DNA from: a virus
Taxonomy: Duplodnaviria; Caudoviricetes
Strand: one strand, 5' to 3'
DNA length: 61,355 bases
Virus record (IMG/VR): IMGVR_UViG_3300037180_000072
Location: 1 to 61,355 of that record
Shown: positions 11,001-20,202 of the stretch, piece by piece
How the letters are laid out: each line of letters starts with the position of its first letter
Numbering within the stretch: position 1 is the stretch's first letter
Program-made: the position numbers and the translations under genes
The notes under the pieces: generated by a model
Database searches by the model: none
What the model was told of the DNA's origin: nothing
What the model saw: the letters and a program-made list of their open reading frames with translations, nothing else

Positions 11001-11817
11001 ACTGATCCACCGCACTCGCCAAAGTAACTTGGCGCAGATAGGTCAACTCGATGCCGACGATGGTCGCGGTCGAGGGAATATTGAAATTGAAACTCTCCAA
11101 AAACAAATACGACCCGTAGCCAGGTACTGTTGCGATTTGAACGTACTCGTTAACCCATGGATTCGACGTACTTCCCGCCAAAGGTAAGTTTTCGTAATCC
11201 GTCGGCGAACTAAACGATCCGTTCGCTACGACAACGCCTGACAAAGACTCCACATTGCCATTTGGGTCCAGCAAAGAATCGCCGATACCATAGCTGGTGT
11301 ACTGTTGCCAGAAACCCATACCGGATGAAACCGGAGTCACTGTCGGCGCGGCCAAACCCCACGCACTCAAGTTGGTTCCATCGAATTTGTACAAGTCTGC
11401 GGAAGCGCCATCGGAATAGTAGGTCATGTTCCCGATGGTGGAAACGTAGCCCTGCGCGGTTGTGGTTTTGTTGAGAACGGTCGTGATTGAAGTGTCGGAG
11501 AAAATTGCCAAGCGCTGTGTAGTGTCAACCCAAGGGACTACGACATCGCTTAAAGTGCGCGTAGAATAAAATTGATTCACAATTTCCGCGTCGGGGAGAG
11601 GAATCGGGCAGAAGACGGAAAAGCCTGGGCGGCGTATCCATTCCAATTTGTCGGATAATTCGAACTGTAGCCCGTCAATGACGGGCTCCTTGAAACTGAC
11701 AACCTGAATTCCGATATTTTTGAACGGGGCAAAAAGAGGATTGCGATACGTGTACCAACCTGAAATAAAAAAACTTATTTCAAGAGAGGGCTCGCTTTGT
11801 GAGACACGTGTAGCCAT
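8095..11817 (-). CDS. tail nozzle / packaged-DNA stabilisation protein (P22 gp10 / T7 gp12-like) with inserted adhesin domains
   Basis: N-terminal W-I-RRPG motif; beta-propeller-like segments (AYWQGRLWMIVGNYVYF..PEESWP); DGGVVWTNYG / DGDYTWTNIG carbohydrate-binding-like inserts. Confidence 0.6.
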   Translation of the reverse strand: MATRVSQSEPSLEISFFISGWYTYRNPLFAPFKNIGIQVVSFKEPVIDGLQFELSDKLEWIRRPGFSVFCPIPLPDAEIVNQFYSTRTLSDVVVPWVDTTQRLAIFSDTSITTVLNKTTTAQGYVSTIGNMTYYSDGASADLYKFDGTNLSAWGLAAPTVTPVSSGMGFWQQYTSYGIGDSLLDPNGNVESLSGVVVANGSFSSPTDYENLPLAGSTSNPWVNEYVQIATVPGYGSYLFLESFNFNIPSTATIVGIELTYLRQVTLASAVDQSIKLVIGGAVVGTDHASGAPWSETGYTSITYGGPTDLWGATPTPAQINANGATGFGVAISGNISAITGAHGGAIFVEGTTYGTNLPVVTVYYTLPSGVSAPGISGENEPIWPTTIGTDVADGGVVWTNYGPIETWYPTTYYPTPVVILDNNGFLQLGASASNVIDPWNSGVTYAAGQIVAYGGSYWTSVFNGSNTGIVPTSGYTVATLAGSVTTTVPYWVETQSPITTGSIAPVWNTTIGGETQDGDYTWTNIGQGTGLAFTGYSYVYGYRTIYGHLTTSSPISDNTGAILGPLNGAITSFSIASNIVTFNGNNNFLPGNVFTVSGLTVGTYLNEESFTVLSAVPSASFPLTSVAVSGSNVLTILAINKLVAGQKVTFSDVSVATFLNGQTVTVLPGGLSGTQFEANFTHATYGATADAGTVNVNGSFTANFTHANVSNTVDAGSAIPLISTVTGVGTGSPLCNASANITAVSVSANVVTIMASNNFQPGLWVTIDGLTSASFLNGQQFQVISVDQPIGTLNTYFQIYFEWPNYTQTADAGIATFNAIEIYRTSDGGGIYLFSGAATNPGVNAQWSYNDFVTDADLDILLVASLDHQNDPPPGAPGSITTPPGAGAFTAYWQGRLWMIVGNYVYFDAGPDCTNGVPEESWPPANRFQYASKPFALVPTADGLGLVVWASDRTYEILGGPETISFYSPDALSNFGILNSNAIFRDGSITGQFTTQKEYFELIGQEKQEIGERIADYLTDNFDPKRSYVTMHRDGLDVGAFISNGVDRIVRYGSNIGAWSVPAFPSFGAGALNSVETSDGVYSLMLGAPTGGTTSILGPLNPGTGASVAGSGTAWLNPSNITSGSATSYTTVTFGAAGSSQILRALNYAVSQIPATAAIQGVQVTVVGKQTAPSASLSLEITPTNAAAGAETHTFSFGTSNTTFVFGGPSDLWGMPWQSPAALLTTPISFDLTATFAGFA

Positions 11818-11838
11818 GTTAGTGGGAGGGGAGTACCC

Positions 11839-12084
11839 TCACTTATGGTTGGAAAAGTCTTGTTCTTTGCGCAATGCGCGGCGAGTAGTAAACGCGGCCA
11901 GAAGGATGGTCAGGTAGCCGAGGAAGAAATACAAATCACGCTGGCGGTAAGGACCGGGATCGTCCACAAGCATCGCTAGAAAATTTTCCCATGCTAGAGC
12001 GAACGCAAACATTCCCAGAATGAACAAACACACCCGTAGGATACGGGTGTGGATATTCTTCCATTTGGATTGCGGCACGGACAT
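11839..12084 (-). CDS. small two-TM membrane protein
   Basis: 81 aa with two hydrophobic stretches; a late-promoter motif lies in its 3' end. Confidence 0.45.
   Translation of the reverse strand: MSVPQSKWKNIHTRILRVCLFILGMFAFALAWENFLAMLVDDPGPYRQRDLYFFLGYLTILLAAFTTRRALRKEQDFSNHK
11844..11861 (-). promoter_or_regulatory. phage late-promoter motif copy 2 (AAGACTTTTCCAACCATA)
   Basis: Consensus match 27 nt upstream of the nozzle gene. Confidence 0.75.
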
Positions 12085-12102
12085 GGCAAAGCGGTGTCCA
12101 TT

Positions 12103-15100
12103 TTATTTTCCGGCGACGGTCCAGTTCGCCCCATCACAGAAAGCCAGCACGACATCAGAGCCGCTTCCGGTGATCGTCGCTCCCCAGGTGTTCGTGGTCG
12201 AATCTGTCACGGTCGCGGTTTCACCCTTCGATCCAGATGCACACGTAACCAGACTTGCAAATACGCTGGTCGGAAGTTTCAGCCACTGGGCCTTCGAGAA
12301 ATCTTCGGTCAAGCCCAAGTCCACTAATCCAGCCGCTTCGGTAATGCTCCAAACTGCCGCGTTTCCGTTCGGCTGATACGTGACCGGCAAACTTCCAGCC
12401 GTCAGCGATCCGGTGTCGGACAGTGGGAAACTCGCTCCAGCGATATAGCCAGTGAAACTGTCGGGAGCATTCAGCGCCGTGCGACCGTACATTCTGTAGG
12501 ATGTAGCCCCGGTGCTGTTTGTGCAACTTCCAGACATATATCCGCTGCCGCCGCCTCCAGTAAGTGTAGCTGTGACCGCTACTGACCACCACGACTCATA
12601 CGGTACGCTAATAGCGTCGGAAAGCCCGTTAAGCGCCGTAAAAATATAGGCGTAGGTTCCATCGGCTAGGCTGCCGCCCGATGTGTGTGGAGTTACCGTA
12701 CAGCCCGAAGGCGGCTGTAACCCAACAACATATCCTCCGCCTTGTTGACTATAGATAGATGCTTGGGGGTCCATTGCGTAGTAGCGATTCGCCATCAATC
12801 CCTGCGTGCCAAGGGTTGCAACAATGCCGCACGAGGTTGCCGTGCCTCCGTAGACCGGGCCGTTCCCCTGCTGGCCGATAACCGTCAAGCCGCTGATGCA
12901 CGGCGCGACGGCACCGTAAGCGTTCGTCGTAACTGTCGAGCCGACAAAGCTTGTCCAGCTATCCGCCCCCGCCTGACTCATGGAGATAAATATGCCCGTG
13001 ATCGGCTCCTCGTATCCGAGAATATTGACGAGAGGTTCGTCCGTGGTTTCCTCGTCAGATGGGGCGCTCTGATTGATTTGAATATTGAGCAGGGAGACGT
13101 TTCTGGAATCAATCTCTACGAGAGAAGAATCCCCGCCTTCCAGCAAATTATCCTCATCCTCCACGTTGCCCATTTCACCTGTCGAGGTTTCGGCACCTAG
13201 GAAAATTCCTCCGTCAGCCATCGACATATCACGAACCATGTCGATATTTGAAGCTCCAGTTGTAGAGATTGGAGCACCCTCAAAACCCAAGAAAGATAGA
13301 ACGTCGTCAATTCCATCCGGCCCTTGGTCGTTGTTGCCGCCCAGGGTTCCGCCAGTAACGCGGCTTTTGCAGCAGGAATCTTCAAATTGGATGAGAGGCC
13401 CGTACCCAGGAGAGTAGCCGCTACCGACGTAATTCTCCTCTACTTGAATATTTTGGAGGATCGTGCCGCCCAAATTCGGGAGTGTAAGAATATACTTTTG
13501 GTTTGTGACTCCGCCGAATAGATTTTCAATCGTCACCGCAGAGCCTGCGATCTCCCACACTGGACTGGTGTTCGATCCATTTTCCTGCGTTGCCCATCCA
13601 GCTACCGGCGACGTGTCATAGGGCAGGATCGTATCCCCTCCGGCTACTCCGTGGATTGACCAGCCGCCATAGAGGACGTTCGTGTTTGCCGTGATGACAT
13701 TAGCCGCTACTTGATACGCACAATTTAATCCGATACTGGGAAACGAAAGGACGCCATAAATGTTATAGGTTCCCGGTGGAACGAACACGATGCCGCCGAC
13801 CCAGTTCGGTGAAGTTCCCCCGCAAGCCAAGTTTGCCGCATTGAAGGCCGTAGTTTCATCATGCCGAACTACCCCGCCCCCCGAAACTGTCGTCGTAGTG
13901 GCCGGTGTCACTGTCACGCTCGTTGTCCCGCCGCCAGCCGTGATTGTGCCGATGTACCGGCCAGCCGTGGCCGAAGTTGGAGGCGTCGAGGGAACGTCCG
14001 TCGGCCACTGGCGGATCGCACCTTGTCCGCGATCAATCCAAACCCACGGCTCTTGCATCGCTCCGCCGGAGCCCGAAGCTATAGAACCAGATTGCGCCCA
14101 AGTAATCTGGAAATTGCCCACTCCGGTATTGAATGACGCGCCCGTTACCGTCCATGTGCCGTTGTAGGCGGAGACGGATGAGCCGGTAACGGTAACTTGG
14201 CTGCCTATGATGGCGTAGTTGCCGTGCGGGGCAAACTGCTTAAATTGATTCACGTTTGCCGTGGTGACGCCACCGGTGTTTGTAATTGTCGTAATGGTGT
14301 AAATCGGCGGCAATTCAGCCGACCACGTTTGCCACTCCGCACCATCTTTCCAAATCGCCATGAACTGCGTGTTGGGAGGGAGATTTACAGCACCTTGGAG
14401 ATAGCCCGTGGCCGTAAGTGTCGAAGGCTCGTTCGAGATAGTGACGCAATCTTTTGGCGACGCCCCGCGCAGAGAGTCGATAGCGGAAATACAATAAGTA
14501 TGCGAGGTCGATCCGGTCGCGCCGATCATCACGCCCGCCGCGCCCGTGGGCGTTGCCAATGTACTGACAGGACCGGCGCCCCCGATCATCAAACCTTCAC
14601 CGTTGGCGAAGTCAATCGCCGAGGACAGTGTAATAGTTGTTGCGCCACCATTTACCGTACCTGAAGTGGTGGTGTAATTATTTGAGCCTGACGCGCCGTA
14701 CGCCGTAACGTCGAAAGTTGGAGACGGGCCTTTTTGGTGTAGATTTGCTCCTAGCGTTACATCTCCGGTTGAATCAACCGAACTGCCCGCCGCGCCGCCG
14801 AATGCTCCCGCGTTGTTGTACTGAACCTGCCCGCTTGAGCCACCGGGACTTCCACCGCCACCGCTCGGAGCGTTGCCGATTGTTTGCGGTTGCCAATGCG
14901 TACCATCGTATGTCATCAGCACGGGCCTATTCGCCGGTACGTCTCCCGAAGCCAGAGCAGTCCCAAGCCATTTTTGCACAGCAGCCGCGCTCGATGAATT
15001 GACATTGAGTGTAAGCGCGCCGGAGTTCGCCGTAGTGGTGTAATAAATAATCTCATCACCTTTGGCGGGCACGAATGTGGGTACGGTGGTGCAAACTTGC

Positions 15101-16575
15101 GCGGTGCTGCTGCCTGAAGTATCAGAACAATTTAGCGGCGTACCAATATTGTGCCCCGTCGAAGCCACAAACTGCCCTGAGACATTGGTGCCGACCACGG
15201 GCTTCGATGTCGGAATCACCAGTCCATTCACTTGGCTGGCGTTGCCTTCAACCACACGCACGATGTAATTCGTGTTGTCTGGAGAACTAAATGTGGCATA
15301 GGAGCCTGGCGGAAGCGCAACCGAGGCGTCTCCGGTACTTGAACTTGCGCCGTCCACAACCGTCAGTGTAGAAGTTGTAGGCGTAACCGTCACGGTTTCC
15401 GTATTGGTTACCAGAACCGCGAACGTGAAGTTATTTCCGCAGCCAGAAGAACCGGCAGCGGGCAAGGTAACGGCCACGTTGCTGCCGCTTGTGTAATTGA
15501 TCGTGGTCAGTCGGTCGCGAGTAGCCGTACCGGAGTCGCAAAGAATCGTGTCCGACGTTCCGCTCACGCTGCGGCCCGTAATTCCCGCTGATTGATATGT
15601 CGCCGCCGCCCCGTTAACGCCCGTTTTTACTTGGCCCGTCAGAGGGGCAGGGGTGCTGCCGAGCGTGGAAGTTGTGGCCCAATATGCGTCGTCGTACTGC
15701 GTCCCGGTGCCCGGCCCACTTCCTCCGCTGCCATTTGACGCAGCCGTGATTCGACCCTTCGGGTCTACCGTGATGGTCGCGTTTGTATACGTCCCAACAT
15801 TGGAATTGACCGTCGCTAGAGTGCCCGCGCAAGACCCGGCGCTTGTGGTCAAATCCCCCGTTAACGCCGGGAAGTTTGCGCACGGAAGAGTCGTCAAACC
15901 TTGAATCTGCGTAGCATTCACCCACATAGCGATCTGAGCCGCCGTGGGTGTTCCAGAATTGGAGACGTTACCGGCGCCCGCTGGCGTAAAGCAGCCAACA
16001 GCGTTAAAATTTGCGCCCACGCCCTGTGCAGCCTGAACGCCCGTGCATGTCGTAGGCGTGCCTGCCGGAGAGGTGGCCGTAGGAGCATTGTTGATGGTGA
16101 TTACGGGATTGGTTGTGCCCAGAGCCACCGAACAATTGGAATTGGCACAACTAACCGAATTAACACTACCACCCCCACCGCCACCGCCAGTCTGAGGATT
16201 AACCAAGAAAAAACCAGAGCCGACGTACTCAACAAGGGCAGGCACGGTCGTAACGATGTCGCCCAAGACCAATGGATTGCCCCCAGCTTTTTCGATTGGG
16301 TACGCGGGCAAAGCATCCACTTTCAAAGTCGCGGGGCCAGTGTCTCCGGCCACAGGTACCCAAGTGATGAACTGTCCTACAGTGTAGGAAGTCGTCGCTG
16401 GAGAATAAGTCACAGTTTGAGCGTTCGCCGAACCGCCCCCTGTGCCCGCATAACCCAAATACTTTGCGTTGAACGGCTGGAGCGGAGGAGTCTGGGCAAA
16501 CGCAGGTCCAACAGACACCAGAGCCAAAGTCGCAGCCAAGAAAAGTTTGATGATCGAGCGCATAGTTTTGTTCAT
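12103..16575 (-). CDS. tail spike/fibre-like protein with pectate-lyase-like beta-helix and N-terminal signal peptide
   Basis: Likely start MNKTMRSIIKLFLAATLALVSVGPAFA-Q at 16575; FDVTAYGA and DETTAFNAA...GGIVFVPPGTY motifs; fibre-type repeats (GTYTNATITVDPKGRITAASNG, GGSSGQVQYNNAGAFGG). Confidence 0.65.
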   Translation of the reverse strand: MNKTMRSIIKLFLAATLALVSVGPAFAQTPPLQPFNAKYLGYAGTGGGSANAQTVTYSPATTSYTVGQFITWVPVAGDTGPATLKVDALPAYPIEKAGGNPLVLGDIVTTVPALVEYVGSGFFLVNPQTGGGGGGGSVNSVSCANSNCSVALGTTNPVITINNAPTATSPAGTPTTCTGVQAAQGVGANFNAVGCFTPAGAGNVSNSGTPTAAQIAMWVNATQIQGLTTLPCANFPALTGDLTTSAGSCAGTLATVNSNVGTYTNATITVDPKGRITAASNGSGGSGPGTGTQYDDAYWATTSTLGSTPAPLTGQVKTGVNGAAATYQSAGITGRSVSGTSDTILCDSGTATRDRLTTINYTSGSNVAVTLPAAGSSGCGNNFTFAVLVTNTETVTVTPTTSTLTVVDGASSSTGDASVALPPGSYATFSSPDNTNYIVRVVEGNASQVNGLVIPTSKPVVGTNVSGQFVASTGHNIGTPLNCSDTSGSSTAQVCTTVPTFVPAKGDEIIYYTTTANSGALTLNVNSSSAAAVQKWLGTALASGDVPANRPVLMTYDGTHWQPQTIGNAPSGGGGSPGGSSGQVQYNNAGAFGGAAGSSVDSTGDVTLGANLHQKGPSPTFDVTAYGASGSNNYTTTSGTVNGGATTITLSSAIDFANGEGLMIGGAGPVSTLATPTGAAGVMIGATGSTSHTYCISAIDSLRGASPKDCVTISNEPSTLTATGYLQGAVNLPPNTQFMAIWKDGAEWQTWSAELPPIYTITTITNTGGVTTANVNQFKQFAPHGNYAIIGSQVTVTGSSVSAYNGTWTVTGASFNTGVGNFQITWAQSGSIASGSGGAMQEPWVWIDRGQGAIRQWPTDVPSTPPTSATAGRYIGTITAGGGTTSVTVTPATTTTVSGGGVVRHDETTAFNAANLACGGTSPNWVGGIVFVPPGTYNIYGVLSFPSIGLNCAYQVAANVITANTNVLYGGWSIHGVAGGDTILPYDTSPVAGWATQENGSNTSPVWEIAGSAVTIENLFGGVTNQKYILTLPNLGGTILQNIQVEENYVGSGYSPGYGPLIQFEDSCCKSRVTGGTLGGNNDQGPDGIDDVLSFLGFEGAPISTTGASNIDMVRDMSMADGGIFLGAETSTGEMGNVEDEDNLLEGGDSSLVEIDSRNVSLLNIQINQSAPSDEETTDEPLVNILGYEEPITGIFISMSQAGADSWTSFVGSTVTTNAYGAVAPCISGLTVIGQQGNGPVYGGTATSCGIVATLGTQGLMANRYYAMDPQASIYSQQGGGYVVGLQPPSGCTVTPHTSGGSLADGTYAYIFTALNGLSDAISVPYESWWSVAVTATLTGGGGSGYMSGSCTNSTGATSYRMYGRTALNAPDSFTGYIAGASFPLSDTGSLTAGSLPVTYQPNGNAAVWSITEAAGLVDLGLTEDFSKAQWLKLPTSVFASLVTCASGSKGETATVTDSTTNTWGATITGSGSDVVLAFCDGANWTVAGK

Positions 16576-16579
16576 GTTG

Positions 16580-17191
16580 TTAGGTCCAAAGTTGAACGAT
16601 GCAATTGAGTCCCGCGTCCGAGGCGACCAAATAAAGGTATGTAGCGTCCCACGGAGGGTTCTGCCAATAAATCGAACCGCCGGGGAGCGTTTCCAGAATA
16701 CTTGCGGCATCGGGTGCCTGGCCCAAATCGTGTGCGACCTGAAAAGGTCCAGCATTGGGCGCGGCCACGGTCAATTGCGTGACCGTAGTGTTCCCGCCCA
16801 AACTTGGCGTTGGATAAAAAATCACATTTCCTCCTACTGTTGAAACCGGGGTCATGTTGCTGATATTTACGGTGACGCCAGCGGCCTCGGGAAATTGCCA
16901 CCACATAGGCTGGTTCAGTCGCGAACCGTTTTGATCGTAGAACGTAACCAAGTAATATGTTCCGAGCCCAATCAAATTCTGCGGGTTCAACTCTTTGTTG
17001 CTGTACAATTTGCACGGCTGAATTAGATTGCCGTTGCCGTCCAACTGGAATACAACCGGAATTTCAGACGAGACGAGCCCGTACGGAGCCGCGATTACGG
17101 TCGCGTCACAGTTGAGCGAAAAACTGACGGCGCCATTGGCAACAAACAAACCGGATGCATTCTGGAAGCCGCCCCCTGTCAAAGTGATCAT
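16580..17191 (-). CDS. virion structural protein (tail accessory / fibre-attachment-like)
   Basis: Start MITLTGG at 17191 (TAATG overlap); beta-rich; directly upstream of the spike gene. Confidence 0.5.
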   Translation of the reverse strand: MITLTGGGFQNASGLFVANGAVSFSLNCDATVIAAPYGLVSSEIPVVFQLDGNGNLIQPCKLYSNKELNPQNLIGLGTYYLVTFYDQNGSRLNQPMWWQFPEAAGVTVNISNMTPVSTVGGNVIFYPTPSLGGNTTVTQLTVAAPNAGPFQVAHDLGQAPDAASILETLPGGSIYWQNPPWDATYLYLVASDAGLNCIVQLWT

Positions 17192-18249
17192 TACGAATCT
17201 TCCTCGCCGAGCCACTTGAGCCAAATCTGTTCCGACTTAGCGGAGTACTGTCGCAGAGACTTGGCATTTTGCTTTCGCAACCTTGGCCCGCGAAACCGGC
17301 CAAGTGCGTTTCCCATCTTCGAAACAATGTCGTCTACATCTGTCGGGTTCGCTTTGGACCCACCGGCAGCCCATGAAATCTCAGGAGAAACCACAATTGG
17401 CAGATCGACCGAAACCATATCGGCGGCCACGATATTGAACGTCTCTGAAAACGAAACCTGCATCCCCAAGTCCATCTGCCGCAGAACATTCAAAAAGTCA
17501 GCGTGTGGATACCAAGGGTGCTCGATCAAACGCGCGTCTTCGCGATTCGCGAAGTAGCTTCTCAAATTCGACAGTATCGACTCAGCCCCACGCTCCAGTC
17601 GGGCAGTGTTAATATGAAAATGCAGACCCAAACCCGCACTTGCTGCGAAATTGAGAGCGGCATTGGCCTGGATCAATTGGTTCTTCAGTGGCCGGATCGC
17701 GCCAAAACAACCCACGTTTAGAGGACCAGACACAAACTTCCGGTGAACCTCCTGTCCCCCGGCCAAGGGATAATAATTCGGCAAATAGATGGCTTTGTGC
17801 TTAGGCACATCGGCGCCACTCAGAATCGACTGAATACCGTGCCAAGCTCTTTCAGAGTTCGAGGCCACGAAAACATTTGGTATTCGCGAATACTGAATGA
17901 GCCAACCTACCGCGACTCCCTCGCCAGCCAAGAATGGCAACTCACTGTGTGTACGAACAACCCAAACTACATCCGGGTATAGCCGGGTCAGTACCACAAA
18001 TTTCTCAGGAATGACCCACAAAGCTTCGATAACTACATGCGTCGGCGCATACTTGAATACCTCGCGGTCAATGTCGTTGTTGTCTACAACGTCCACGAAC
18101 TTCGCGTCAACCCCACTCTGCTGGAGCATACCAACCACAAACCGAACCGAGTTAGACAAACCGGAAGAAAAGACCCCGGATGACCCCGTTTGGTTCAGAT
18201 CAAAGTCCCCGTAGCCGTACTGCTTTTTCAGAATGAATAAAATTCTCAC
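17191..18249 (-). CDS. glycosyltransferase-like protein (GT-B / GT4-like)
   Basis: GTG start with RBS; GCFGAIRPLKNQ and SFSETFNIVAADMVSVDLPIVVS resemble the GT4 nucleotide-sugar-binding motifs. Confidence 0.65.
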   Translation of the reverse strand: MRILFILKKQYGYGDFDLNQTGSSGVFSSGLSNSVRFVVGMLQQSGVDAKFVDVVDNNDIDREVFKYAPTHVVIEALWVIPEKFVVLTRLYPDVVWVVRTHSELPFLAGEGVAVGWLIQYSRIPNVFVASNSERAWHGIQSILSGADVPKHKAIYLPNYYPLAGGQEVHRKFVSGPLNVGCFGAIRPLKNQLIQANAALNFAASAGLGLHFHINTARLERGAESILSNLRSYFANREDARLIEHPWYPHADFLNVLRQMDLGMQVSFSETFNIVAADMVSVDLPIVVSPEISWAAGGSKANPTDVDDIVSKMGNALGRFRGPRLRKQNAKSLRQYSAKSEQIWLKWLGEEDS

Positions 18250-18596
18250 AGCGTCTCGTCCCTCGAAATGCAGTGCAGCACAAACCAAGCAATCCCAAAC
18301 GGAACCCAGGATATGTCCCACAGCCAGATGAAGAAGTCGCCAGGACTGTAAATTCCGTTTTCGGGCAGCACAAACCAATCCGACAAAACTTTTAGGTGCG
18401 ACCCTGTGGTCATGCAAGCATGGATGGTGTCGCCATCCGGGATAGCGCTGCAGTCACCGGCCCAAACGTGAACAGGCATTTGCGAATGATTCGCGGCCAA
18501 GACGACGGCGTTCAGGAAAAGGCCAAAACACACCGATAACCATGGCAGACAAAGCAGCCAAAAGTGGCGGATGTGGATGGATTTCCCAATGCGCAC
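18246..18596 (-). CDS. DUF5317-like membrane protein
   Basis: LNAVVLAANHSQMPV...LKVLSDWF...YSPGDFFI pattern; hydrophobic helices. Confidence 0.55.
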   Translation of the reverse strand: MRIGKSIHIRHFWLLCLPWLSVCFGLFLNAVVLAANHSQMPVHVWAGDCSAIPDGDTIHACMTTGSHLKVLSDWFVLPENGIYSPGDFFIWLWDISWVPFGIAWFVLHCISRDETL

Positions 18597-18614
18597 AGAG
18601 GAATGGCCTCTGAT

Positions 18615-18632
18615 TATGGTTGAAAGAGTCTT
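18615..18632 (-). promoter_or_regulatory. phage late-promoter motif copy 3 (AAGACTCTTTCAACCATA)
   Basis: Consensus match 19 nt upstream of ORF 18596. Confidence 0.75.
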
Positions 18633-18646
18633 AAATTAGTCAGCTA

Positions 18647-20047
18647 CTACATCAAGGTGAAATTTGGCGTCAATGATTGGACATTGTCGGCCCTGTCTTC
18701 GGACTCCAGCGCACGCTGTACCGCAAGAGCAGCCATCTGCATCTGTGATTGAGTCTCCGCCGCAGAAAGTCCGTAAGCCACGCGCATGCCCTGAAACAAA
18801 AGCATTTCGTAGAGCACGTACGATAAATCATCCGGCCACGGGAATATATCTTGAGGGGATGTAAATTTTGGAGCTTTCGCTTGATAGACAATGTTGAACG
18901 CATATGGATACGTACTCACTGGCTCGGACAAACGGAATTTCACCACGCCGTTTCCATAATCGCGCTCACAAGAAATGTTGAGTAAATCTCCGGTCGTGGT
19001 GTACTCCGGCGCAAGTCGATGCACCGCATCAATCGGAGTTACAGGCAGCGGAAAACTGTTGTTGTTGATGTCTACGACTGCGGCAGATTCAATCCAGCCG
19101 AAATTCCAAATACCGGGGGCGCCAGATGGCACGGCATAAATCGTCCCTCCGTCTGCGCCATTCACAATCGTAACTCCTGTCGGCGTTGTGAATGTGACCG
19201 CCGTTGGCGTTGCGGACAAAAGAGTAACGATCTTCCCGTTCAGTGTCGCATTCGTGCTGATCCCCGCGAACGTCATAATATCGCCCGGCGACATTGCATT
19301 CGGAACACTCACTGTCGTGACGCCGCCCGTTGCGGAAATGTTGCTGATCGAGCCGTACTGACCGGGCGTGCCGACAAGGGTGATGTGAAACTGATCCGGG
19401 ATTGCGATCAAAGTGTAAGTGTTAACCCACTGGCTCGTCTGCGTAAGCTGATTGTACGTGAATGTGCTGTTGTACGCGGGATTGACAACTCCGGCCACGA
19501 TAAATGCGGATGACCCAATATTGCCAACCTGAAATGGATGCGGGTCCAAAAATTGAACGGTGAAAGTTCCAGCCGCGGGGTTGAAAATTATTCCGGCGGT
19601 TTGCCAGTTGCCGGTCGGACCGTAAGAATTCCCACCGTTAAATGGGCCATAGACAACTTTTGCCAAACCGTTCTGGTACGTGCCTGGATTCAAATCCACT
19701 CCGGCACCACCAGCGGGAAGTTGCCCACCCGGGGTGACGCTATTTATCAAAACAAAACATGATGCTCCTGCAAACTTAAACTCTTGCAGACCCATCTGAG
19801 AAACTAGGAAGTGAGAATTCGCGGCAGGATTCGCTTCCCCGAGGTCCACTCGGTTAAACCACCAGGGCATCCTACGGGTCAGCAAGGTTTGCATTACATT
19901 GTCGCAAAGCCGGTACGCAGGCTGGCCATCGATACCACCAATTCCAAAAAAGCGTTGGAGTTTTGTCGCAATCGAGCATTGATCCATCATGGCCTGAACA
20001 GTCGTGGTGGCGTTCACGTTGGGAACAAGATTCGAATTGCTTGACAT
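18647..20047 (-). CDS. head-tail adaptor (tail tubular protein A-like) with inserted beta domains
   Basis: Helical N- and C-termini (MQTLLTRRMPWWFNR; FPWPDDLSYVLYE) around beta-rich inserts; position. Confidence 0.5.
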   Translation of the reverse strand: MSSNSNLVPNVNATTTVQAMMDQCSIATKLQRFFGIGGIDGQPAYRLCDNVMQTLLTRRMPWWFNRVDLGEANPAANSHFLVSQMGLQEFKFAGASCFVLINSVTPGGQLPAGGAGVDLNPGTYQNGLAKVVYGPFNGGNSYGPTGNWQTAGIIFNPAAGTFTVQFLDPHPFQVGNIGSSAFIVAGVVNPAYNSTFTYNQLTQTSQWVNTYTLIAIPDQFHITLVGTPGQYGSISNISATGGVTTVSVPNAMSPGDIMTFAGISTNATLNGKIVTLLSATPTAVTFTTPTGVTIVNGADGGTIYAVPSGAPGIWNFGWIESAAVVDINNNSFPLPVTPIDAVHRLAPEYTTTGDLLNISCERDYGNGVVKFRLSEPVSTYPYAFNIVYQAKAPKFTSPQDIFPWPDDLSYVLYEMLLFQGMRVAYGLSAAETQSQMQMAALAVQRALESEDRADNVQSLTPNFTLM

Positions 20048-20061
20048 ATTTTTCCCTCACT

Positions 20062-20079
20062 TATGGACAAAAAAGTCTT
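20062..20079 (-). promoter_or_regulatory. phage late-promoter motif copy 4 (AAGACTTTTTTGTCCATA)
   Basis: Consensus match 15 nt upstream of the ATG at 20047. Confidence 0.75.
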
Positions 20080-20098
20080 GTTTTTGTGGGCCAAAATA

Positions 20099-20138
20099 CA
20101 AACGCCCCGCCGAGGGGTCAACCACAGCGGGGCGTTTG
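20099..20138 (-). terminator. probable intrinsic terminator hairpin
   Basis: 12-bp inverted repeat CAAACGCCCCGC/GCGGGGCGTTTG followed by a T-rich run on the minus strand. Confidence 0.55.
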
Positions 20139-20202
20139 CCGGAGCATCCCAGTTCGTTTTTCCTGACGTTGAGCAGACGCCGGGCGAAGAGGGAAGGTCG
20201 TT

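Noticed and set aside
20141-20150. GGAGCATCCC complementary to a 10-mer near 24692
   Set aside because: Too short to distinguish from chance in 61 kb
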